From: Minisyncoccota bacterium | GTDB lineage: Bacteria; Patescibacteriota; Minisyncoccia; Phycocordibacterales; CALRHW01 | Direction: 5' to 3' | NCBI GenBank assembly: GCA_046350795.1 | Contig: JAXLZT010000001.1 | Location: forward strand, 484,705 to 548,704 | Length of the DNA stretch: 64,000 bases | Shown: positions 41,581 through 51,177 of the stretch, in pieces | How positions within the stretch are numbered: position 1 is the first letter of the stretch | Layout of the letters: every line of letters begins with the position of its first letter | Notes under the pieces: generated by a model | The model's input: only the letters and a program-made list of their open reading frames with translations | Database searches by the model: none | What the model was told of the DNA's origin: nothing | Position numbers and translations under genes: made by a program

Positions 41581-42602
41581 TGAAATCTCTTGTATAAACA
41601 ATAAACGAAATACCAAAAAGGGCTTATCACAACATCATAAAGTTTATCGTGTTGTACTACATTTCCACCAAATCTTTTTTTAAACTTTGTCAGTCCACCC
41701 CAGCTGTCGCTCCCATCATCAACATGGCTCACACCACCAAAATTGTACCAATGATACCCCTTTTCTTTTAAATATTTTATCGTCGCCATCTGTGCTCCAT
41801 ATGCTGGCATGACTTTTCTGTTTTCATTACTAGTACCACCAAAAATATACATAGCCGTGTCGCCATACAAAATTACCAGATTTGCAGAAAGTATTTTTCC
41901 AGAATGAGACGAGAGTACGAGTATTGCATTTTTATCTTTATCACAATGATTAAAAATATTTTTGTAATATTCCTGTGAATGTAAATGAAAACCGTCACGA
42001 TCCGCCGTCTCTTTTAAAATAGAATAGAAAGTGCTGAAATGAGAGGAAAAATTTTCCTCTATTATCTGATTGCTCACTTCATTTTTTTCTGAAAGACGCA
42101 CACAGTAACGTGTGTTTTTGTGCATATCGCGCAAGATGTCTTGCTCAGATTGATGTAAATCTAAATACCATTCTAAACGAGGTTGAAATTGCGCCGAATG
42201 ATATGTGTAGCTTGGCGCAAGATGAAATACCTTATCAAATTGTTCTTTTTGGTATTTTTTTGAAACAGTAAAATCTGCTCTAACAAAAATAGCATCTTCT
42301 TTTTTTGCCAAATCAATCAAAAATTTTCTTATCTCATTAAGCAGGGAAGTAGTAACATCACAAAAAAGCACCGGGCCATATGGTATATAAAGAAAACTTT
42401 TTTTAAAAGCTGTGGGAAATTTTATCACCTGAAAACTACCGATAGTGGATTGTGTAACATCATCTGTAATTAAAAACCTCCACACCTTTCTACCGGTACT
42501 TTTCTGCCATTCTCCATAGAAAAAAGCCTGCGTAAAAGGGGTTGATGGGTAAAATCGTGACGGATCAAACTCACTTTCTTTTGTGGATTCTTTTATTGTC
42601 AT
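41577..42602 (-). CDS. FemABX/FemX family peptidoglycan bridge transferase
   Basis: FTQ...GEW, YIPYGPV, DL..SE.DI...M.K.TRY.VR, YNFGG, GL..FK.RFGG; ATG at 42602. Confidence 0.88.
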   Translation of the reverse strand: MTIKESTKESEFDPSRFYPSTPFTQAFFYGEWQKSTGRKVWRFLITDDVTQSTIGSFQVIKFPTAFKKSFLYIPYGPVLFCDVTTSLLNEIRKFLIDLAKKEDAIFVRADFTVSKKYQKEQFDKVFHLAPSYTYHSAQFQPRLEWYLDLHQSEQDILRDMHKNTRYCVRLSEKNEVSNQIIEENFSSHFSTFYSILKETADRDGFHLHSQEYYKNIFNHCDKDKNAILVLSSHSGKILSANLVILYGDTAMYIFGGTSNENRKVMPAYGAQMATIKYLKEKGYHWYNFGGVSHVDDGSDSWGGLTKFKKRFGGNVVQHDKLYDVVISPFWYFVYCLYKRFH

Positions 42603-42652
42603 TGATGAAAAATTGTATGATACTATAATATAGACATTATTATTACAATACA

Positions 42653-42820
42653 ATGCAAAAAGACAATCAAAATAAAGGCTTTATAATGACGATTATTTTA
42701 ATAATCGTTGCGATAGTTATATTAAAATTCGTTTTCCATATTGATATTACTGACATCTTCAACTACGTCAGCCATGTCGTTACTTTTCTTTGGGGCAAAA
42801 TATCTGGCATTTTTAATTAA
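42653..42820 (+). CDS. Small membrane protein (55 aa) with a prepilin-like KG|F start
   Basis: MQKDNQNKGFIMTIILIIVAIVILKFVFHIDITDIFNYVSHVVTFLWGKISGIFN*; read directly. Confidence 0.65.
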   Translation: MQKDNQNKGFIMTIILIIVAIVILKFVFHIDITDIFNYVSHVVTFLWGKISGIFN

Positions 42821-42842
42821 ATTCGTTTAGTATTCTGGTTTC

Positions 42843-42950
42843 ATGAAGGCTTTAAAAATTGCGCTATTCATATTGCTGGTGCCTATTTATGGTCCACTAT
42901 ACGTTTTTTTACATTACACCTTTTCTTGGTGGGAAGGTCTTTTAGATTAA
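42843..42950 (+). CDS. Putative 35-aa membrane peptide
   Basis: MKALKIALFILLVPIYGPLYVFLHYTFSWWEGLLD*; TAGTAT 9 nt before ATG. Confidence 0.45.
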   Translation: MKALKIALFILLVPIYGPLYVFLHYTFSWWEGLLD

Positions 42951-42978
42951 AAAACAAGACCTGTGTTAAAATATATCT

Positions 42979-43848
42979 GTGAAAAAACAAACAATCATAA
43001 TACTGTTTGTGGTGTTGATACTGTCGATTTTTACATTTTTGTATATAAAATCAGACCTCATTTCAACACCAATAGAAAATCGTCTTAAAAACGCCGAATC
43101 TTTTGTGCGAGAAAAGATCTTTCAAATATCAAAAGAAATTTCAAATCCCGGACCGCTTTTTGGTAATAGAAAATCTTCAAACGTAATACTCACAAAAGCG
43201 GGCGTGCTCATGTGGACCAACATTGAGCGTAAGCAAAACTCTGAATACGGGGCTCTAAAAGAAAACGTTGATTTAAATAAAATCGCACAACTACGCCTAG
43301 AAGATATGTTTGCAAAACAATATTTTGAACACGTCTCACCCACAGGCGAAAGCGCTTCTGACGTTGCTGATGAAGTAGGATATGAATATATCGCTGTGGG
43401 AGAAAATATTGCTTTAGGAAATTTTGATAACGATGAAGCTCTTGTTCAGGCATGGATGAATAGTCCCGGACATCGCGCCAATATTTTAAATAAAAAATAT
43501 CGAGAAATAGGTATCGCTACTAAAAAAGGCATGTATGATGGTGATGAGGTGTGGATTGCTGTACAGATTTTTGGTCGCCCACTTTCTGACTGTACTGAGC
43601 CTTCAGCTATATTAAAAAACAATATAGAAAAAAACCAAAATGAAATAGAAGAATTAAAAAAAGAAGCTTCAGATATGTATGCTGTGCTTCAGTCATTAAA
43701 AAATCACAGTTCTCAAGAATACAATTCAAAAGTAGATGAATATAATGCTATTGTTAATAAGGTAAATGATAAAGTGGCAAAGACAAAAGATCTCATCGCA
43801 CAATACAACGAACAAGCAAAAATATTTAATACCTGTTTAGAAAATTAA
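42979..43848 (+). CDS. CAP/SCP domain protein with a C-terminal coiled coil
   Basis: N-terminal TM; TN.ER, DM....YFEH.SP, GENIA.G, WMNSPGHRANIL. Confidence 0.9.
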   Translation: MKKQTIIILFVVLILSIFTFLYIKSDLISTPIENRLKNAESFVREKIFQISKEISNPGPLFGNRKSSNVILTKAGVLMWTNIERKQNSEYGALKENVDLNKIAQLRLEDMFAKQYFEHVSPTGESASDVADEVGYEYIAVGENIALGNFDNDEALVQAWMNSPGHRANILNKKYREIGIATKKGMYDGDEVWIAVQIFGRPLSDCTEPSAILKNNIEKNQNEIEELKKEASDMYAVLQSLKNHSSQEYNSKVDEYNAIVNKVNDKVAKTKDLIAQYNEQAKIFNTCLEN

Positions 43849-43849
43849 A

Positions 43850-44992
43850 ATGAAAAAATTTCCAGAAAAATTTTTGTGGGGAAGCTCAACCGCGTCTTAT
43901 CAAGTAGAAGGCGGTATAGAAAACAATGATTGGGCGCAAGCTGCCCGAGAGGGGAAAGTGCCTGTGTGTGGTCGCGCTTGTGATCATTACAATCTATATG
44001 AACAAGATTTCGACATTATTCAAAAACTTGGTCACAATACTCACAAAATATCGATAGAATGGTCTAGGATCGAGCCAGAAGAGGGGATTTTTAATGAAGA
44101 AGAAATCGACCACTACCGTCGTGTTATAGACTCTCTACATCGTAGAAATATAAAGCCGATAATAAATCTTTGGCATTTCACTATTCCTATTTGGTTTTCA
44201 AAAATGGGAAGTTTCCAAAATAATAAATCGACTTTTTATTTTGCACGATACTGCAAATATGTTACAGAAAAACTTGGTGACAAATCCGACACTTGGGTCA
44301 CCATAAACGAGCCAATGGTCTGGTCTTCTGGATCATACTTACGTGGTCAATGGCCTCCATTTAAAAAAAGTATTTTTTCTTACCTAAAGGTAATAAAAAA
44401 TCTAGCGAAAGCACACAATACGGCTTATATAGAAATGAAAAAGGTTAAACCAAAAATACAAATTGGTATTTCTAAAAACAATATGTATTTTCATTCAAAT
44501 CTAAACCCAATCAATATATTTAAAGCACATTTCATGAGATGGTTTTGGAATCGTCGTTTTCTCAATAAAATAAATGATTATCAAGATTTTATCGGAGTAA
44601 ATCATTATTTTCATAAAAAATTTGGTGATAAAGAAAGTTATCCAAAATCAGATATGGGTTGGGATATATATCCTCCGGCTTTGTATCATGTACTCATAGA
44701 ATTAAGACGCTACAAAAAACCAATAATAGTCACCGAAAATGGTATCGCAGATGAATCAGATACAAAAAGGGGAGCTTTTATAAGAGATTATGTTGGGTCA
44801 GTACATAAGGCCATAGAACACGGTGTAGATGTGCGCGGATATTTACATTGGTCACTTTTAGACAATTATGAATGGGCTTTTGGATTTGAAAAAAGATTTG
44901 GTCTAGTAGAGGTAAATTACAACACATTAAAAAGAACGGTTCGTCAATCTGCATTTGAATATAAGAAAATCTGTGATGCAAATGCGCTGTAA
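43850..44992 (+). CDS. Glycoside hydrolase family 1 (beta-glucosidase)
   Basis: FLWG..T.SYQVEG, SIEWSRIEP, TINEP (acid/base), VTENG (nucleophile), DNYEW..G...RFGL. Confidence 0.93.
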   Translation: MKKFPEKFLWGSSTASYQVEGGIENNDWAQAAREGKVPVCGRACDHYNLYEQDFDIIQKLGHNTHKISIEWSRIEPEEGIFNEEEIDHYRRVIDSLHRRNIKPIINLWHFTIPIWFSKMGSFQNNKSTFYFARYCKYVTEKLGDKSDTWVTINEPMVWSSGSYLRGQWPPFKKSIFSYLKVIKNLAKAHNTAYIEMKKVKPKIQIGISKNNMYFHSNLNPINIFKAHFMRWFWNRRFLNKINDYQDFIGVNHYFHKKFGDKESYPKSDMGWDIYPPALYHVLIELRRYKKPIIVTENGIADESDTKRGAFIRDYVGSVHKAIEHGVDVRGYLHWSLLDNYEWAFGFEKRFGLVEVNYNTLKRTVRQSAFEYKKICDANAL

Positions 44993-45013
44993 ATATGTTT
45001 TAATAAAGTATAT

Positions 45014-45904
45014 ATGATGGGTTTTTCATTATTGTTCGTTGTCATAGCTCAATTCTTAAATGCAATAGTCGCTGTATTAGACAAACACATAATTAAAAAT
45101 TCCAAGCCGGTCGTTTACGCATTTTATGTCAGCATACTCTCTGGTATTGCTATTATTATGGTGCCTTTCGGCATAGTCTCGATACCTGATCCTATTATTA
45201 TCTATCTTTCTTTAGCTGCCGGTATATGCTACCTTGCATCTATTTTATTTTTATATGATTCACTTAGAATTTCTCTGCCGTCTGAAGTCATACCTGTAGT
45301 CGGTGCAGTATCTGCGGTATCTACATTTGGTTTTAGTTATTGGATACTTGGTGTACTACTTCCAGATGACTTTTTGCTTGCATTTACACTCCTTATATTA
45401 GGAATGCTTTTTATTTCTCACTTTGAATTTACAAAAAAATCTTTCGTCTATGTGGTGCTTTCTGGAGTCTTTTTTGGAGCGTCTACTGTTATTATAAAAA
45501 AGATATTTACTCTGGATGATTCTTTTGCCAACGGATTTTTCTGGTCACGTATGGCAAACGTTGTCGTAGCAATGCTTTTATTGCTCTGGCCAAACAATCT
45601 AAAAGCTATAAAAAAGGATTTGCACCGCTCACCAGCAAAAGGGAAGTTTGTGATCCTAAACAACAAGCTTTTGGCCGGACTAGCTTTTATTTGCATCCTT
45701 TTCGCTATAAAACTAGGTGATGTATCTCTAGTAAACGCACTTTCAAGCCTTCAATATGTATTTTTGCTTATCTTGTCGCTAATATTTTATAAAAAAATAC
45801 CCGGCCATTTCTCAAAGATGAAATATAAGGATGAAATGATTCATAAAATATTTTCTACAGCCCTTATCATTCTTGGCTTTATTGTTTTGTTTACAAAATT
45901 CTAA
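45014..45904 (+). CDS. DMT/EamA-like membrane protein
   Basis: About 10 hydrophobic segments in two repeats. Confidence 0.7.
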   Translation: MMGFSLLFVVIAQFLNAIVAVLDKHIIKNSKPVVYAFYVSILSGIAIIMVPFGIVSIPDPIIIYLSLAAGICYLASILFLYDSLRISLPSEVIPVVGAVSAVSTFGFSYWILGVLLPDDFLLAFTLLILGMLFISHFEFTKKSFVYVVLSGVFFGASTVIIKKIFTLDDSFANGFFWSRMANVVVAMLLLLWPNNLKAIKKDLHRSPAKGKFVILNNKLLAGLAFICILFAIKLGDVSLVNALSSLQYVFLLILSLIFYKKIPGHFSKMKYKDEMIHKIFSTALIILGFIVLFTKF

Positions 45905-45906
45905 CC

Positions 45907-46911
45907 ATGCAAAAGTTTAGAAAATTTATTTTTTGGAGCGGGGTAGTGCTGACGATTATTTTTGCAATTCTTTTTTCTCTTTCTTTTACAAAAATTCCTT
46001 CAAAAATCACCTATGGTGTAACATTTAGCAAACTGCATTCAGAAGAGTTGAAACTCGATTGGAAAAAGGTCTTTCTCGCTTCTTTGGACGATTTAAAGAT
46101 CAGACAGTACAGACTTTCTGCGCATTGGGATAAGACCGAAATCCAAAAAGACAGCTACAACTTCGCCGATTTAGATTTTCAAATGAATGAAGCAAAAAAA
46201 AGAGATGCGAAGGTTATTTTGGCTGTCGGTAGACGCCTTCCAGGATGGCCAGAATGCCATGATCCAGAATGGACTAAAAATATTTCAAAAGAAGAAAAAC
46301 AGAAAGAACTGCTTACTTATATCGAAGACGTTGTAAATCGATACAAAGATTATCCAAATCTCATGTATTGGCAGGTAGAAAACGAACCTTTTTTAGTGTT
46401 GTACGCTCGACATAGTTGCGGAGATTTTTTTGACGCAGATTTTTATGATAAAGAAACTGCATTGGTGCGACAACTTGATCCTAATACCCCAATTTTTATT
46501 ACTGACAGCGGGGAACTGAGTTTGTGGTATCAGGCTTACACTCGGGCCGATGCTTTTGGCACAAGTATATATTTATATGTCTGGAATCATACTTTAGGCC
46601 AAATCAGATACCCTATCGTCCCAGCTTTTTTTAGAATCAAGCACAATATCATTAAAATGCTTTTTAAAGACAAACCTGCCATCATAAGCGAGCTTTCTAC
46701 CGAGCCATGGCTCTTAAAACCGATTATAGAGACTCCTATAAATGAACAACTAGAGCAAATGAACTTAGACAGGTTTAGTAGTATGATTTCGTTTGCATCA
46801 AAAACAGGATTTGATACGCAATATTTGTGGGGCGTAGAGTGGTGGTATTACATGAGAGAAAATGGTCATCCAGAGTTTTGGAACCTGGCCAGAGAGCTCT
46901 ATAAAAAATAA
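45907..46911 (+). CDS. Membrane-anchored clan GH-A glycoside hydrolase (GH5/GH42-like)
   Basis: YGVTFS, RL..HW...E, P.WPECH.PEW, WQVENEP, ISEL. Confidence 0.72.
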   Translation: MQKFRKFIFWSGVVLTIIFAILFSLSFTKIPSKITYGVTFSKLHSEELKLDWKKVFLASLDDLKIRQYRLSAHWDKTEIQKDSYNFADLDFQMNEAKKRDAKVILAVGRRLPGWPECHDPEWTKNISKEEKQKELLTYIEDVVNRYKDYPNLMYWQVENEPFLVLYARHSCGDFFDADFYDKETALVRQLDPNTPIFITDSGELSLWYQAYTRADAFGTSIYLYVWNHTLGQIRYPIVPAFFRIKHNIIKMLFKDKPAIISELSTEPWLLKPIIETPINEQLEQMNLDRFSSMISFASKTGFDTQYLWGVEWWYYMRENGHPEFWNLARELYKK

Positions 46912-46964
46912 ATAAACCCAAGGGAAGTGGTCCTTAATTTAAAGGGCTTTTTTCCTAGGCCTAC

Positions 46965-46992
46965 GTGTCGTAAAAGATATATTGTGCGACGT
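46965..46992. other. Candidate dif-like tyrosine-recombinase site
   Basis: GTGTCGTAAAA-GATATA-TTGTGCGACGT, an 11-6-11 imperfect palindrome at a + to - gene-orientation switch. Confidence 0.4.
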
Positions 46993-47003
46993 ATATATAA
47001 AAG

Positions 47004-47012
47004 TTATCCACA
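47004..47012 (+). promoter_or_regulatory. Consensus DnaA box
   Basis: TTATCCACA. Confidence 0.4.
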
Positions 47013-47076
47013 GGTCCCCCCTAAAGAAAAAGCCGGGCAAACCCGGACCTCATCTTTTAAAAATATTCTGATTATT

Positions 47077-47412
47077 TTATTCTCCGTACATTTCTGTGCG
47101 AATATTTTTTAGCTTCGCAATAATTTCTGGATCTTTAATCAGACTGAATCTAGGGAAAGTATGACCTTCTTTTGTTACATCCCCCATCCACATATCTAAA
47201 GGTCTTAAATCAAAAAGTTTACCTGCTTTAAAAACAGATGCTTCGTAAAGCGGTCGGTACACGACCATGTTGGCATCTTCTGGTCGACAATCATCCTCAG
47301 TATGTACACCCACACCCACAACCTCATATGCGTAATCATTAAAAGCCTTGGCAGAGTCGTGTTTGTAATGATAGTAAAAACCTTTTTCGGGAACTTTATC
47401 TGGTATTTTCAT
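47077..47412 (-). CDS. DUF1653-like protein
   Basis: GFYYHYK..YEVVGVG.HTE..VVYRPLY..RPL.MW..V....RF. Confidence 0.8.
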   Translation of the reverse strand: MKIPDKVPEKGFYYHYKHDSAKAFNDYAYEVVGVGVHTEDDCRPEDANMVVYRPLYEASVFKAGKLFDLRPLDMWMGDVTKEGHTFPRFSLIKDPEIIAKLKNIRTEMYGE

Positions 47413-47470
47413 ATCTTTTATTATAACACAACAAAAAAGACCCCCGTTAGGAGATCTTTTTTGTAGAATA

Positions 47471-47950
47471 TTATTCTATTGTAATACCGTCATCAGCTCT
47501 CATGGCAAGATTTTGTGTTTTTGCCCAACAAGGAGATGAAGGCAACCAATCACGAGTACCGTTTTTACTATACAAGTGACGAGCGTAGGCTAGATTGTCT
47601 TCCATCTTATGTAGATCTAGACCCATCTTTTTTGCCTTATCAGCGTGATAAAATTCATTAATCTGCATCACGCCCACGTCTTTGTTGTTTTTCTTTCCAC
47701 GAAGAACCTGTCCATTCGTATCTGTTTGTCTAAACTGAGACTCGCATCGAGCGACTTCAGCCAAAATAGGAATGTCTGAGAAATAGTTTCTTACGTAAGC
47801 TTCAGTTGATACTGGTTTCTCAGTCTCCTCTTTTGTTCGCTCAATTACTTGAGGCTCTGTTTTAGGTGTTAAAGGAACTTGTGAGTCTACTGGCGTACCA
47901 GTCATACCCGCTAAAACCAAATACAAACTAACCGCTGTCATATTTAACAT
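47471..47950 (-). CDS. Exported lysozyme-like/lytic transglycosylase (SLT-like) protein
   Basis: Signal/anchor; A.VARCES.F, D.GVMQIN, N..YA..LY...G..DW. Confidence 0.75.
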   Translation of the reverse strand: MLNMTAVSLYLVLAGMTGTPVDSQVPLTPKTEPQVIERTKEETEKPVSTEAYVRNYFSDIPILAEVARCESQFRQTDTNGQVLRGKKNNKDVGVMQINEFYHADKAKKMGLDLHKMEDNLAYARHLYSKNGTRDWLPSSPCWAKTQNLAMRADDGITIE

Positions 47951-48066
47951 ATATTTGCTTACTTAGATTATTCCCTTTCGGGCTTATCTAAATAAAAAAC
48001 TCAGCGCTAACTGAGATGTATATATAATAGCATATTGCAAGCCTCCTGTCAATGACAAAATGGTTT

Positions 48067-48975
48067 TTATGTGGTATAAATATGGCTTATTTTATGGGTT
48101 TTTTGGCATTCTGGCGAACAAAAAGTAGCTCCATTTTGATCAGCTTTACAATCCTCACAGCAAATAAAGTGCTCGTGGCAGGTATCTAGGGTGCAATTTG
48201 TGTAATTTTCAGATGGTTTTTGGCATATTCCACATCTTCCAATGACGGTATGGTTGTCTGGAGAGTCAAAAGTCATTACTTTTCTCTTATCAAACACGTA
48301 TAAAGAGCCTTTAAATGCTTTTCCTGGATACTTTTCCATATAACTAACAATTCCTCCATCTAACTGATATACATCCTTAAAACCCTCTTTTACGAGAAAT
48401 CCAGAGGCCTTTTCACACCTTACTCCCCCAGTACAGACAGGCACAACTGTTTTATCTTTTAGATGTGATATTTTTTCTATTATTTGCGGTAAATCTCGAA
48501 AATTTTTCATGCCTGGTAGCACAGAACCCTCAAAATGACCGACTTTGTATTCATAATCATTGCGCATGTCTATAATATGAATGTCTTTGTTTGAAATTAT
48601 CCATTCATGAAGTTGGTCTGGAGAAAGTCTTTTTCCTGTAGTGATATTTGGATTTACGTCTATTTTTAACGAGTCACTGACCAAATCTTTTCGCACTTTT
48701 ATTGAAAGTCTAGGAAAAGCATCACCTGTACCAGCACTTCTCTTTATATGAGTATCTTTAAAACGTGGGTCGGCAAGAAAAACCTCTAGATATTTTTCTA
48801 CATTTTCCTTTGTGCCTTCGAGGGTGGCATTGATACCTTCTTTTGCAACTATTATGCGTCCCTTCAAAGAAAGGTCCTCACACAAACGTTTTTGCTCAAG
48901 CCTTAAAACATCAGGATCTTTTATATCCGTATATTTGTAAAAAAGTAGAATTTCAAATTTTACTTCGCCTTTCAT
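48067..48975 (-). CDS. trhO: Rhodanese-domain tRNA uridine(34) hydroxylase TrhO (UPF0176)
   Basis: LLFYKY, LKGRI.VA.EGINAT, DMRNDYE..VGHF, CTGGVRCEKAS, LDGGI..Y. Confidence 0.88.
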   Translation of the reverse strand: MKGEVKFEILLFYKYTDIKDPDVLRLEQKRLCEDLSLKGRIIVAKEGINATLEGTKENVEKYLEVFLADPRFKDTHIKRSAGTGDAFPRLSIKVRKDLVSDSLKIDVNPNITTGKRLSPDQLHEWIISNKDIHIIDMRNDYEYKVGHFEGSVLPGMKNFRDLPQIIEKISHLKDKTVVPVCTGGVRCEKASGFLVKEGFKDVYQLDGGIVSYMEKYPGKAFKGSLYVFDKRKVMTFDSPDNHTVIGRCGICQKPSENYTNCTLDTCHEHFICCEDCKADQNGATFCSPECQKTHKISHIYTT

Positions 48976-49002
48976 ATTAAAGACCAAATACTAACATTTA
49001 TT

Positions 49003-50490
49003 TTATTGTGAGCCAACTTCTATCGTGTCACCATCAGAAAGACCGGAAATTACTTCCACTTCACCATCTTGTGACACAATTCCCAAAACAACTTCTACTT
49101 CTTGAGCCTTTTCACCATCAACCATTTTTTTCACAAAATTTTTGTCACCTTTCTTTGTAACTACAAAAAGTGGCACAGACAGTATGCTAGTTTTTTTAGC
49201 TGTTTCAATATCCAGATTTGCAGTCAATCCACTTTTTACCAGAGAAGATCCGGTATTGAAAGCTATCTTCACTTTATAATTTACAACTCCATCTACGATT
49301 GTTTCTCCCGGATCAATATAAGACACTGTACCACTAAAGGTTTGTCCCGGATAAGCATCTAAAGTAATGGAAACCGGATTACCAACTGATATTTTACCAA
49401 TATTTACCTCAGAAACGTTTGATTCTATTTCGAGTTTATTATCAGAAATCACGGAAACAATCGCAGATCCAGCACTTACTATTTCTCCCTTTTCTACATC
49501 TTGTTTTGTTACAACTCCGTCAAAAGGAGCGGTGATGCGAGTCTTTGCGATTTGTGATTGTATATTTTGGATGTTTGCTTCTATTTGCAATTTGCGAGCA
49601 TTTTGCGCAGACACAGAATCAGATCCGGTTTGTGTTTCACTAGCTCTAGCAGAATTTATTTTTTCTTGAGCAGAAATCATATTTGAAAGAACGGTGTTAA
49701 TCGTTGTTCTCGCGGTAGACATATCACTCTTGTAATCAGAAATCACTGCAACACTATCACTGTCAGAAGGGGTAATCTCAAATATTGCCAAAGAGACTTC
49801 ATCCACAAATGTTTTAACTTCTTGTAAATGCTCTTTTGATTTGGCAATCAATGCATCTGTATTGTCTTGCGATAATGAATCAATCTCGGTTTTCCATTCT
49901 GATAGTACCTTTGATATTTTACTTCTGTTTTTATTTATAGAAACTTTTGTACTAAAATTTATAGTAAAATAAAAAACACTATTACCGTTGTGCATAGATG
50001 GTCTAAAATTTGCATCTATTGAGTTTGGATTTTCAAAAAACTGATCTACACTCTCTCTAATTACGTTGTCAGCCTTTGTAAATGAATCCAACATTACAGC
50101 TCGAGCATTTGCTATAGCATCAGATATTGCGACACTGTCCGCTGCACCGTTTGCATTTTCTTCAGCCAAATCTGCTTTTGCCTTCAAAAGATCAGCTTGC
50201 AACTCACTACTATCTAATTCTACAAGGGTTTGTCCTGCTACTACCCTACTACCCACATCCACCAAAGCGACTGCCACCTTGCCACTTTTTTCAAAACCAA
50301 GATCTACAGAATCCACTGCTTTCGTCTTTCCAGAAGCAAGCACAGACTGCGTAATGTCTTTTCTCTCAGCTTTTATGTAAGTAACACCACTATCTTTTTT
50401 ATTAAATAAAAAGAAACCAGCAATGATTATCACCAAGATCACCGCAACTATTATTGAATATTTATTTTTTAGTATTTTTTTAATTTTCAT
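49003..50490 (-). CDS. Efflux membrane-fusion (MacA-like) adaptor
   Basis: N-terminal TM, lipoyl half-motifs, long alpha hairpin, ITAPFDGVV, beta-barrel. Confidence 0.88.
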   Translation of the reverse strand: MKIKKILKNKYSIIVAVILVIIIAGFFLFNKKDSGVTYIKAERKDITQSVLASGKTKAVDSVDLGFEKSGKVAVALVDVGSRVVAGQTLVELDSSELQADLLKAKADLAEENANGAADSVAISDAIANARAVMLDSFTKADNVIRESVDQFFENPNSIDANFRPSMHNGNSVFYFTINFSTKVSINKNRSKISKVLSEWKTEIDSLSQDNTDALIAKSKEHLQEVKTFVDEVSLAIFEITPSDSDSVAVISDYKSDMSTARTTINTVLSNMISAQEKINSARASETQTGSDSVSAQNARKLQIEANIQNIQSQIAKTRITAPFDGVVTKQDVEKGEIVSAGSAIVSVISDNKLEIESNVSEVNIGKISVGNPVSITLDAYPGQTFSGTVSYIDPGETIVDGVVNYKVKIAFNTGSSLVKSGLTANLDIETAKKTSILSVPLFVVTKKGDKNFVKKMVDGEKAQEVEVVLGIVSQDGEVEVISGLSDGDTIEVGSQ

Positions 50491-50494
50491 AATT

Positions 50495-51169
50495 TTATTG
50501 TTTTATATCTGAAACTATTTCTCCGTCTGAAAGCCTGATTATTCTATCTGTTTGTTTTGCGTATTCATCTTCGTGTGTAACCATTATTATTGTTTGACCC
50601 TCTTTATGTAATTCTTTAAAAGTTTTGATTACTGTTTCAGCGGTCTCACTGTCTAGATTGGCTGTCGGCTCGTCGGCAAATATAATCTGCGGACTGTGTC
50701 CTATGGCTCGAGCAATACTGACACGCTGTTGCTCTCCCCCAGAAAGCTGACTCGGTAGATTGCCAAACTTGTCTCCAAGCCCCACTTTTATCAATGCTTT
50801 ACCGGCTTTTTCTCTGGCCTTTATTTTTGTATCCCCCATCATAAGGAGCGGAAGCATTACATTTTCTATTGCAGAAAGCTCTGGTAAAAGTGCATAGTCT
50901 TGGAAGATATAACCCAAGCGCTCTAGTCTAAACTGTGTTCGCTCTCTGTTGTCCAAATCTATCACTGAAACCCCATCCATTATTATACTGCCAGAATTTG
51001 GTTTATCGAGTAGACCCATTTGATATAGTAGGGTGCTTTTTCCAGATCCAGATCTACCTGTGATAGATAAAAATTGCCCCTCTGGCACTTCAAAACTCAT
51101 GCCCTTTAGTACGACAAGCTCTTTGCCACCGCTATGAAAAGATTTTACTAATTTTTCTACTTTTATCAT
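50495..51169 (-). CDS. ABC transporter ATP-binding protein (LolD/MacB-like)
   Basis: [29 protein letters not shown]. Confidence 0.93.
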   Translation of the reverse strand: MIKVEKLVKSFHSGGKELVVLKGMSFEVPEGQFLSITGRSGSGKSTLLYQMGLLDKPNSGSIIMDGVSVIDLDNRERTQFRLERLGYIFQDYALLPELSAIENVMLPLLMMGDTKIKAREKAGKALIKVGLGDKFGNLPSQLSGGEQQRVSIARAIGHSPQIIFADEPTANLDSETAETVIKTFKELHKEGQTIIMVTHEDEYAKQTDRIIRLSDGEIVSDIKQ

Positions 51170-51177
51170 GTTTGTTT

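Noticed and set aside
46927-47112. 61-aa ORF
   Set aside because: It overlaps the palindromic site and the end of a convergent gene, and has no protein-like features.
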